Of a DNA stretch of 64,000 nucleotides, positions 56,756 through 64,000 are shown in pieces (the stretch's first letter is position 1; each line of letters starts with the position of its first letter). The notes below the pieces were generated by a model that saw only the letters and a list, made by a program, of their open reading frames with translations, had not been told where the DNA came from and ran no database searches. Source of the DNA: an uncultured virus (IMG/VR IMGVR_UViG_3300043777_000372) (lineage: Duplodnaviria; Heunggongvirae; Uroviricota; Caudoviricetes); the IMG/VR virus record IMGVR_UViG_3300043777_000372. One strand, written 5' to 3'. Made by a program: the position numbers and the translations under genes.

Positions 56756-57199
56756 GTGGGACTCGCTCAGGTTCTCGTTTCGGGCTCGCTCACGGTGAGC
56801 CCGCCCACCGTGGTGGGCACCGTGTTGTCCTCGAGCCCGCTCGGGACGGTGCCCGCCGGCGTGAGCCAGGTGCCGCTCGTGCTCTCGACGAGCCCGAAGC
56901 AGTCGGCGGTGAACACGGGGTTGCGGCACAAGGCGTTGAACTCGCCGTCGAGCTTCGTCACGTTGAGCGGGCTCGGGGCGAGCGACGACGTGACGACGGC
57001 CGACACGCTGTACCTCAAGAGCGACTCGGCGATTCAGATCCGGTTGACGATGCAAGATCCGGCGGGCGGTTCGCCCATCGTGAGCATCGAGACGCTGATC
57101 GGGTTGAAGGTGCAGGAGTTCCCGCAGGCGGGTTACCTCACCCTCCTCGAGGCGATGGGCATCGCCAACCTGGAGCTGATGATCTCGGGCCCCGCGTAG
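56756..57199 (+). CDS. putative virion protein
   Basis: Beta-rich; in the head module. Confidence 0.7.
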   Translation: MGLAQVLVSGSLTVSPPTVVGTVLSSSPLGTVPAGVSQVPLVLSTSPKQSAVNTGLRHKALNSPSSFVTLSGLGASDDVTTADTLYLKSDSAIQIRLTMQDPAGGSPIVSIETLIGLKVQEFPQAGYLTLLEAMGIANLELMISGPA

Positions 57200-57220
57200 A
57201 AGTGAGGTCGACCTCACTTT
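57199..57220. promoter_or_regulatory. palindrome copy 19 (1 mismatch)
   Basis: GAAGTGAGGTCGACCTCACTTT. Confidence 0.88.
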
Positions 57221-57292
57221 CCGAATTGCAGCGCGCGCCCCCGCGCTGATACCGAAGAGGGCAACCCAGGCACCCGAGAGGATGACGCGATC

Positions 57293-58063
57293 ATGAGCGG
57301 ATACCTTCCCCCCACGAACAGCCAGTACGAGTCCGTCCGCGAGGCGCTCGATCGCGCGGACCCGAACAGCCTCGCGGACCTCAATCGCATCCTTGCGATG
57401 GGCGACGTCGTGCGTTCGGTGCCCGTGCACTTGCAGGGCGTCGCGGCGAACACGGCAGCGAACAGCTCGCCCCCGCAGCTGTCCACGCTCGGCGCGGTCC
57501 CTCTGCCCGAGGACGCGAAGTGCGCGTACATCCTGCGTTGCACCGTCAAGAAGACGGGCAGCGGCGGTGCGGCGCTCGGCGAGTTCACGGTGGAGCCGTA
57601 CGGCACGACGCCGGCGACCACGCAGGTCGCCCCCGCGCCGAACGGCGACATCGTGTTCCTCGGCACGGACCTCGTGCAGGAGGCCGACATCCTGTACGTG
57701 CCCCACAAGGGCGACGTGTTCGGTCAGCTCGCGAACAGCAAGTACGGGATCACGTCGCTCACGCTCAGCGTGAACGCGTCCGGCTTCGCGGCGCTGCCGA
57801 CGAACCTGTCGGGCAAGGCGATCCTGCTCATGTACGCGAACGTCACCGTCGGTTCGGTGACCGGGCAGAAGATCATCCTCGTGCCGTCGACCACGGTGGT
57901 CGCGACGACCGAGGCGGCGCTGTCGAAGGACGGCACCGGCATCTGGTTCAACCTGGCGACCGATGCGCCCACCCAGTGCGTGGTCGACGTGCTCTGCTAC
58001 AGCGGCACGGGGCCCGGCGTGGACGTGAACGCGGTGCTCGAGGGGACGTCGACCTCCACCTGA
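57293..58063 (+). CDS. putative virion protein
   Basis: GAGGA RBS; in the head module. Confidence 0.75.
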   Translation: MSGYLPPTNSQYESVREALDRADPNSLADLNRILAMGDVVRSVPVHLQGVAANTAANSSPPQLSTLGAVPLPEDAKCAYILRCTVKKTGSGGAALGEFTVEPYGTTPATTQVAPAPNGDIVFLGTDLVQEADILYVPHKGDVFGQLANSKYGITSLTLSVNASGFAALPTNLSGKAILLMYANVTVGSVTGQKIILVPSTTVVATTEAALSKDGTGIWFNLATDAPTQCVVDVLCYSGTGPGVDVNAVLEGTSTST

Positions 58064-58082
58064 TCGAGGCGGCAGCGGATTG

Positions 58083-58115
58083 AAGCGCACGGGCGACGAG
58101 GGCCCGTGCGCTTTT
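58083..58115 (+). terminator. intrinsic terminator
   Basis: AAGCGCACGGGC/GCCCGTGCGCTT stem followed by TT. Confidence 0.7.
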
Positions 58116-58147
58116 GCGTGTGACGAGGACAACGAGGAGGAATTCCC

Positions 58148-59092
58148 ATGGCGGAAGCAGCACCGGCGGTCGATCCGAACGCATCAGGCGTCACCACACC
58201 GGGCGGCGCGCCCCCGGACACGAAGACGCCTCCCACGAAGGTCGAAGGCGGCAAGCCCGACGCGAAGACCGAAGTGAAGGTCGACGCGAAGCCCGAGATC
58301 AAAACGGACCCGAAGCCGGGCGAAGCGCCCGAGCCGGATGACGATGCCGATCTCCGCGTCACGGAGAAGAACGGCAAGAAGTTCATCCAGCTGTCGCAGG
58401 ACAAGTTCAAAGATCGGCTCCAGAAGCACACGAAGAAGGAGCTCAAGGAACTGTTCGGGACGTCCGACCGCAACGAGATCATGCGGTGGAAAAAGAAGTA
58501 CGACGAGTTCGAAGCCGACGCCGAGAAGCGCAAGCGCGAGGAGATGACCGAGCGGCAGAAGATCGAAGCCGACCGGGATGCCGCGCTGAGTGCGAAGGAA
58601 GTGGCCGAGCGCCGCGCCGCGCGAGCGACCGACTACGTCGACCGGCAGAAGACGCAGCGGAAGGTCGCGGCCGTCGCACGTGATCACGTGCACCCGGACA
58701 AGCTCGACATGGCGCTCGGGCTTTTTCGTCTGCATCTTTCCAGCCTCTCGAGGAAGAAGCTCGACGCACTCGTCAAGGACAAGACGGCGTGGGGCGAGTG
58801 GTTCAAGGACCTCGCGGTGAAAAACCCCGAGATGTCGAAGGCTGGCGCGGTGAAGGTCGACGAACCGGTCGAGACGAAGACCGAGAAGAAACCGGCGGGC
58901 AACGGGCTTTCGCCGAAGGACAAGCCGCAGCCCGACAAGGGCGGTTCGAACGGCAAGAGCGTGAAGGAGATGACCCCTGCCGAGCTCAAGGCATTCGCCG
59001 CGAGCAAGGGCATCAAGCTGTCGGGCGATATGCAGTTCGTCGATCCGACCGGGGGCGGGATGCCGCGCCCGCAGCAGATGCTCGGGAAGTGA
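58148..59092 (+). CDS. capsid scaffolding protein
   Basis: Charged coiled coil (KRKREEMTERQK) immediately before the capsid gene. Confidence 0.75.
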   Translation: MAEAAPAVDPNASGVTTPGGAPPDTKTPPTKVEGGKPDAKTEVKVDAKPEIKTDPKPGEAPEPDDDADLRVTEKNGKKFIQLSQDKFKDRLQKHTKKELKELFGTSDRNEIMRWKKKYDEFEADAEKRKREEMTERQKIEADRDAALSAKEVAERRAARATDYVDRQKTQRKVAAVARDHVHPDKLDMALGLFRLHLSSLSRKKLDALVKDKTAWGEWFKDLAVKNPEMSKAGAVKVDEPVETKTEKKPAGNGLSPKDKPQPDKGGSNGKSVKEMTPAELKAFAASKGIKLSGDMQFVDPTGGGMPRPQQMLGK

Positions 59093-59270
59093 CTTTCACG
59101 CAGCGGGCTTGACTCGCGGAGGCTCGCTCCGAAAGGATGGGCCCCAAGCGACGAACCCTGATCCACCGAACCGGCGCGGGTAAAACAGCCGGGAGCCTTG
59201 CAGGGGAAGAAGCGGCGCATCGCATGGGCGAGCGCGGTCTCATCCAACTCTTCGAAAGAGGTCCCCTCAC

Positions 59271-60680
59271 ATGGCTGGTCCCACGGGCATCGTCCTCGGC
59301 ATCCCGCCGGCAATTCTGAACCTCATCCAGACGGGCTTGCTGGAGAGGGCCTTCCACGACGCGCTGCTCCCGACGTTCATCTACCGGCAGGAAGCGCTGT
59401 TCGAAGAGTGGGTCGCGAACGTCGGCACGCAGGTCGTCATGACCCGCGCCGGTCTGCTCGCGCCGAACATCGTGCCCCAGGTTCCTGGGACCGACCCGGT
59501 GCCGCAGACGCTCACCTACGAGCAGTGGATCGTCACGATGCAGCGGTGGACCGGATCCATCGACACGCACATGCCGACCTCGGTGCTCTCGCAGGCCGAC
59601 CAGTTCATGCGCAACATCCAGCAGCTCGGCATCCAGGCTGCGCAGTCGATCAACCGCGTCTCGCGTAACGCGCTCTTCGTTCCCTACCTGTCGGGGCAGA
59701 CGATGAGCACGGTCGCGGGCCTGTCGACCGACACGCAGATCCAGGTGGCGAGCGTGAACGGGTTCCAGACCATCGTGCAGCCGGCGACGAACGTTCGTCC
59801 GGTCGCGGTGAGCTCGGCGAACCCGTTGCCCATCACGATCCCACTGTCGAGCGGGACGACCCTCACGAACACGGTCGTCGGGATCATCCTGAACAACCCG
59901 AACGATCCGAACAGCCCGGGCGTGCTTCTCCTCGGGTCCACACTCGGCACGGCGGTCCCCCAGAGGACGCCGGTGTTGTCGGTGTACGCGCCGACGGTGG
60001 TGCGCGCGGGCGGTGGGTACGGCGTCGACGCGATCAGCGCGGCCGACACCTTCACCCTCACCGACATCAACAACGCGGTCGCCGCGCTGCGCGGCAACAA
60101 CGTGTTCCCGCACGACGACGGCTGGTACCACGGCCACCTGCCGAGCAACATGAACGCGGAGATCTTCAACGACCCCGCGTGGCAGCGCCTCAACACGGCC
60201 TTGCCCGACCACCCGAACTACAAGCAGGGGTGGTTGAACCCGGCGCTCGGGGTCATGTTCCTCATGAACAACGAATCGCCGTCGCTCACGACGACCTCGG
60301 GTCAGGTGAACGACAGCGCTGGCCAGAGCTCGGTCTACGCCTTCGACATCGGCGGCGAGGTCGTGAACGCGGCGGGAGTGCCCATCAACCGCACGCTCAT
60401 CACCGGCAAGGGCGCGCTCATCGAGCGCGGCTTCGACGAGATGCAGTACATCTCGGAGGCCGGCGTGACCGGCAAGGTCGGCGAGTTCGACACGGCGAAC
60501 CAGGGCATGAGCGTTTCGACGGACCGGTTTCGGCTCGTCATCCGTTCGCCGCTCGATCGGCTGCAGGACGTCGTGTCGAGCACCTACTCGATCTCGACCG
60601 CCTTCGCGGCGCCGACCGACATCACGGCCACGTCCAGCGGCGCGCTCTACAAGCGCGCGGTCATCATCGAGTCGGCCTAG
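59271..60680 (+). CDS. major capsid protein
   Basis: IQTGLLERAFHDALLP, LGIQAAQSINRVSRN, IRSPLDRLQDVVS, YKRAVIIE; follows the scaffold. Confidence 0.85.
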   Translation: MAGPTGIVLGIPPAILNLIQTGLLERAFHDALLPTFIYRQEALFEEWVANVGTQVVMTRAGLLAPNIVPQVPGTDPVPQTLTYEQWIVTMQRWTGSIDTHMPTSVLSQADQFMRNIQQLGIQAAQSINRVSRNALFVPYLSGQTMSTVAGLSTDTQIQVASVNGFQTIVQPATNVRPVAVSSANPLPITIPLSSGTTLTNTVVGIILNNPNDPNSPGVLLLGSTLGTAVPQRTPVLSVYAPTVVRAGGGYGVDAISAADTFTLTDINNAVAALRGNNVFPHDDGWYHGHLPSNMNAEIFNDPAWQRLNTALPDHPNYKQGWLNPALGVMFLMNNESPSLTTTSGQVNDSAGQSSVYAFDIGGEVVNAAGVPINRTLITGKGALIERGFDEMQYISEAGVTGKVGEFDTANQGMSVSTDRFRLVIRSPLDRLQDVVSSTYSISTAFAAPTDITATSSGALYKRAVIIESA

Positions 60681-60759
60681 TCGACTCGGCTTTCGAGGGA
60701 GTGCGTCCCTGCCTGGGGTGAGGTAGCTTCCAGGCGGGGAAGCGAAGGAGGAGAGGAAC

Positions 60760-61260
60760 ATGCGACGACCGGTACCCGACATGCCCGAGGCGGCTCCCGC
60801 AGAGCCGGCTCAGAACGCGATCCCCGTATTCGCCAGCCAGCGAGAGGCGGACGAGGCCCCCGGCGGCACACCGGCGGTGTACGAGATTCGCGACCCCGCG
60901 GTGGAGGCCTTGCAGAAGACGGCCGCGGCGATGCTGCCCGCGAAGCTCGACGATGCGCATGCCGAGATCCTTCGGTTGCGCGAGCAGCTCTCCCGCGCTC
61001 GTCCGGCGCTCCTGTCGAAGGAAGAGGACGAGGCGGCACGCAAGGCCGTCCCGCCCGCGCGTCGGTTCAAGAACATGGAGCGCGAGACGCGCACCTTCAT
61101 CGACGCGAACGGGCGCATCTGCCGGATGCTGCCCAACAAGATTCTGGACGAGCGGTACTTCCCGATCGAGTTCATCGCGCAGCAGGGCTTCGACCTGAAG
61201 GAGGTCGGTCCTGAGGTGCGGCAGATCGGTCGGTTCTCGTTCCAGTCCCCGGTGCACTGA
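60760..61260 (+). CDS. hypothetical protein
   Basis: GAGGA RBS; after the capsid gene. Confidence 0.7.
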   Translation: MRRPVPDMPEAAPAEPAQNAIPVFASQREADEAPGGTPAVYEIRDPAVEALQKTAAAMLPAKLDDAHAEILRLREQLSRARPALLSKEEDEAARKAVPPARRFKNMERETRTFIDANGRICRMLPNKILDERYFPIEFIAQQGFDLKEVGPEVRQIGRFSFQSPVH

Positions 61261-61280
61261 GGAGCGGAACGGAGCGAGCG

Positions 61281-61628
61281 ATGCCCGACGAAGACGTCAC
61301 CCCGAAGAAGGATCCCCCCGTCTCGAAGAAGACGGGGGCGTCGGCATCGCCCACCCTTCCTGCTCCCGTGGAGCTCAGCGACCACGATCGGGCGAAGGGG
61401 TTCCGCGTCCCGTTGCGCGATGCCGTCGTCCACGTGCGCGTGGCGGCGAGCGCGGACGGCAAGACGGCGGAGCAGAGGTGCCCGGTGACCATCCTGCCGC
61501 GGGACCACGCCGAGATGCATGCGAAGAACCCGGGCCTCCTCGTGAGCATGAAGTGCTCGGCGTGCAAGCAGGTCGCTCCGACGAAGAACTTCGTGTGGCA
61601 CGGGACGAAAGAGCCGGTCGGGATCTGA
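61281..61628 (+). CDS. hypothetical protein with Zn-binding motif
   Basis: C...H...CSAC. Confidence 0.65.
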   Translation: MPDEDVTPKKDPPVSKKTGASASPTLPAPVELSDHDRAKGFRVPLRDAVVHVRVAASADGKTAEQRCPVTILPRDHAEMHAKNPGLLVSMKCSACKQVAPTKNFVWHGTKEPVGI

Positions 61629-61649
61629 AAGTGAGGTCGACCTCACTTT
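61628..61649. promoter_or_regulatory. palindrome copy 20 (perfect), then TAGGCT
   Basis: Gap of 5 nt, TAGGCT, 6 nt, ATG. Confidence 0.9.
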
Positions 61650-61666
61650 TCGCGTAGGCTTGATCC

Positions 61667-62074
61667 ATGGCGCTCACGCCTGAGGAACGCGTCTCGATCA
61701 AGCACCACCTGGGCTACCCGAACGCCCAGATGATCGAGACGTTCGTGCTGGGCGTCCCTGCGGCCATGGAGTCGTTGTTCATGCTCGAGGGGGCGATGAA
61801 CGCGGTCGCCCCTGCGGCCGAGGAGCGAGTGCGCCAGTCGCTCGAGCGGCTCGAGAGCGTCGATCGGCAGATCCACGACAACCAGGACGCGCTCGTTCTT
61901 TCGAAGGCGGACGAGGTGGAGTTCCGCGAGAACGAGCTCGAGCTTCTGCAGCGGCGCTACACGCGGTGGCAGGGGGAGTTGTGCAACCTTCTCGGGGTCC
62001 CGGGGCCCAACCCGTTCGACGCGCGTTTCTCGGCGGCATCGGGTCAGGGTATCAACGTCAGCGTATCCCACTGA
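61667..62074 (+). CDS. putative head-tail adaptor
   Basis: MALTPEERVSIKHHLGYP; helical; position in the neck module. Confidence 0.65.
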   Translation: MALTPEERVSIKHHLGYPNAQMIETFVLGVPAAMESLFMLEGAMNAVAPAAEERVRQSLERLESVDRQIHDNQDALVLSKADEVEFRENELELLQRRYTRWQGELCNLLGVPGPNPFDARFSAASGQGINVSVSH

Positions 62075-62086
62075 GGAGGGTTCCCC

Positions 62087-62518
62087 ATGAATCGAATCGT
62101 CGCGATGGTGTTTGCGGGCTTGCTCGTCGTCTACGGGGTCGTGTTCTTCGGTCACGAGTTCCCGAAGACGAGCGGCGAGTTCGAGGTCGCGCAGGCGACG
62201 GTCGGGTGTGCGAATCCGAACGCCGTGAGTCCCGCGCCGCTCATCAATGCGAGCGAGCAGCTCGGCATGTGCATCCTCCAGGCGAGCGTCGCCGACCTGG
62301 TCGACGCGATCGCGGCTCCCGCGACGCTCATCCCGGCGATCATCGGGTCGTGCATCCAGTACGGCGAAGCGACGGCCGCGCAGGTGGTGCAGCTCATCGA
62401 GGAGTACTTCGCGTCGGCGCCGGCGGTGGACGGAGGGCTCGCGTTGTCGTCGACGCAGGCGGCGCGCCTCAAAAAGGTCCACGACGCCGCGAAAACGCTC
62501 GTCGCAGCCGCCAAGTAG
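62087..62518 (+). CDS. membrane or secreted hypothetical protein
   Basis: N-terminal TM/signal segment; GAGGAGG RBS. Confidence 0.65.
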   Translation: MNRIVAMVFAGLLVVYGVVFFGHEFPKTSGEFEVAQATVGCANPNAVSPAPLINASEQLGMCILQASVADLVDAIAAPATLIPAIIGSCIQYGEATAAQVVQLIEEYFASAPAVDGGLALSSTQAARLKKVHDAAKTLVAAAK

Positions 62519-62587
62519 GGGCCCCCAACGCCCCGCCCACGCGCCCCGTGGGCGTGCTTTCGGGTGGGGGCGGGGTAATCTGCCCCC

Positions 62588-63187
62588 ATGTCCCGAGTCC
62601 GCCCTCTTGGGCCCCGCCACGCGCGGGAAAGCATCCTTCAGCGCGTCGCGCCGATCGTCGACAAGGCCCGGCAGATCGGGGTCCGTTCCGGGCTCCGGTC
62701 GCGCCGGGTCTTTCTCGTGTGGACGACGTGGGACGGCGCGGAGCGGGGGGAGGGCAACGAGGTCGAGCTCTCGCGCATGGAGCTTCTACCCACGCCGCGG
62801 GTGACGGGCCTTGACGCGGTGGCGATGCAGTCGTTCTCCGCGGGCGTGCTACCCGAGGGATCGATCCGCGTCGAGCTCGTGAGCGTGCTTTACACCGAGG
62901 CTCAGCTCAACGGGTTCATCGTGCCCCCGAGCGAGCGGTGCCTCGCGCCGCTCGTGTGGAACCCGCCTCCGCCGAACGGGTCGTTCTTCTACGAGGTCGT
63001 GGAGGACGGCCGCGGCGACGTTCTTCCGACCCGGCAGAAGTACCGCCTCGCCTCGCAGGTGTGGCGGCGCGAGGGGCGCGTGTCGTGGAGCTTCGTATTG
63101 GAGCGAATCTCGGAGGACTCGACTACGGCGGGTCCTTCTCGGTTCGCTCCTGGTGGCGGGCCTCCGCGCGGCGACGCGTACGGGTGA
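62588..63187 (+). CDS. putative head-closure/neck protein
   Basis: VFLVWTTW.G.ERGEG, ELLPTPRV; position in the neck module. Confidence 0.6.
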   Translation: MSRVRPLGPRHARESILQRVAPIVDKARQIGVRSGLRSRRVFLVWTTWDGAERGEGNEVELSRMELLPTPRVTGLDAVAMQSFSAGVLPEGSIRVELVSVLYTEAQLNGFIVPPSERCLAPLVWNPPPPNGSFFYEVVEDGRGDVLPTRQKYRLASQVWRREGRVSWSFVLERISEDSTTAGPSRFAPGGGPPRGDAYG

Positions 63188-63190
63188 TGC

Positions 63191-63733
63191 GTGGCGAAGG
63201 TTTGGAAGCTCGCGGATGCGGGTTTGATGATCGACGCGATCAAGAAGGACGTGCACAAGGCGGCCATGGAAGGCTTGCTCGCTGCGGCATACCGGGTCGT
63301 CGCGCACATCGTCTCGACCGTCATCCCGTCTCGGCCGCATCCGCCGGTCGACCGCGGGGCGTACCGCGCGGGGTGGCGCGCGAGAAAGGACCGCGAGGGG
63401 GCGATCGTGGAGAACGTCGCCCCGCACGCCGCGGTCGTCGAGTACGGAGCTCGCGCGGCGAACATCAAGATCGGTCGAGCGATGATCACGGCGCTGGCCG
63501 CGTGGGTGAAGCGCAAGGGGATCGGCGGTCGGATCGTGACGAGCAAGGACGGGAGCACTCGTCACATCAAGGCGACGAACACCGAAGCGACGAGCATCGC
63601 GTGGGCGATCGCGATGTCGATGAAGAAGAAAGGCATCTTCCCGCCGAAAGGGCTGCGCGTGCTCGAGGAGGCGTCGAAAGAGATCCCGAAGTACATGCGC
63701 GAGGAGATCGGCCGTCGGCTCGAGAAGATCTAG
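63191..63733 (+). CDS. HK97 gp10-like neck/tail-completion protein
   Basis: PVDRGAYRAGW, NVAPHAAVVEYG, WVKRKG, IAWAIA.SMKKKG. Confidence 0.7.
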   Translation: MAKVWKLADAGLMIDAIKKDVHKAAMEGLLAAAYRVVAHIVSTVIPSRPHPPVDRGAYRAGWRARKDREGAIVENVAPHAAVVEYGARAANIKIGRAMITALAAWVKRKGIGGRIVTSKDGSTRHIKATNTEATSIAWAIAMSMKKKGIFPPKGLRVLEEASKEIPKYMREEIGRRLEKI

Positions 63734-63972
63734 TCGTCGGCCTTGCGCTTCTTGGGCGGTGGGTCTTCGACGATGCGCGCGCGGGGTTGGGCGCGGACGC
63801 ATGACGGGCAGATGCGCGGCATGCGGCCGCCACCGGCGATGCGAAACACGCGCCTGCGGTCCTTGTACGTCGGGTGCGCGCCGCACTCGTACCGTAGCTC
63901 GCTCAGCGACTTGTTGTTGTCCTCGTAGCCCTTGACCGCGAGGAGGTGGTTTTGGTCGCCCCAGATCGTCAC
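63730..63972 (-). CDS. Cys-containing hypothetical protein (may extend upstream)
   Basis: Open minus-strand frame with CGAH, CPSC; convergent with the neck gene. Confidence 0.45.
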   Translation of the reverse strand: MTIWGDQNHLLAVKGYEDNNKSLSELRYECGAHPTYKDRRRVFRIAGGGRMPRICPSCVRAQPRARIVEDPPPKKRKADD

Positions 63973-64000
63973 GTCGACGAACGGCCTCGGCTCGGTCTTC

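Noticed and set aside
8713..60782. Many long minus-strand ORFs (e.g. 13343..15229, 33298..34929, 55673..58132, 59013..60782)
   Set aside because: Antisense shadows of high-GC + strand genes that have clear motifs; no recognisable domains of their own
4293..61649. Palindrome copies as a CRISPR array or as intrinsic terminators
   Set aside because: Copies are kilobases apart with genes between them, have no loop and only a 3-4 nt T tail, and several lie inside coding sequence
1..64000. Integrated prophage with att sites
   Set aside because: No integrase, host genes or boundary visible in this window; lifestyle cannot be determined

Overview
High-GC, almost entirely +-strand segment of a tailed dsDNA phage genome. 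No integrase or host genes are visible. A myxobacterial (Polyangiaceae-like) host is inferred from one protein family only. Layout: (1-3.7 kb) an array of small genes, each joined to the next by a TGCGCGC junction motif; (4-5 kb) three HTH genes and an early promoter; (5-25 kb) replication, recombination and DNA modification (intein-containing UvrD helicase, sigma-like factor, DNA MTase, PolB, SSB, intein-containing RecA, SbcD/SbcC, RuvC, Mom, ParB-like); (25-32 kb) small genes; (32-64 kb) packaging, lysis and virion genes (TerL, lysozyme, tail-fibre-like proteins, portal fused to a C39 peptidase, Mu-F-like protein, scaffold, major capsid protein, neck). Most notable: (i) a two-gene module at 53.7-55.2 kb encoding a RAMP/Cas7-like protein, flanked by GGA-NN pentamer arrays that look like guide RNAs with a gapped code (VIPR-like); (ii) a 22-bp perfect palindrome, AAAGTGAGGTCGACCTCACTTT, present 20 times, tied to leaderless promoters and bracketing the only long inverted gene; (iii) the junction-motif gene array; (iv) a tRNA-like cloverleaf at the 5' end of the mom gene. 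All calls come from reading motifs by eye; no searches were run.
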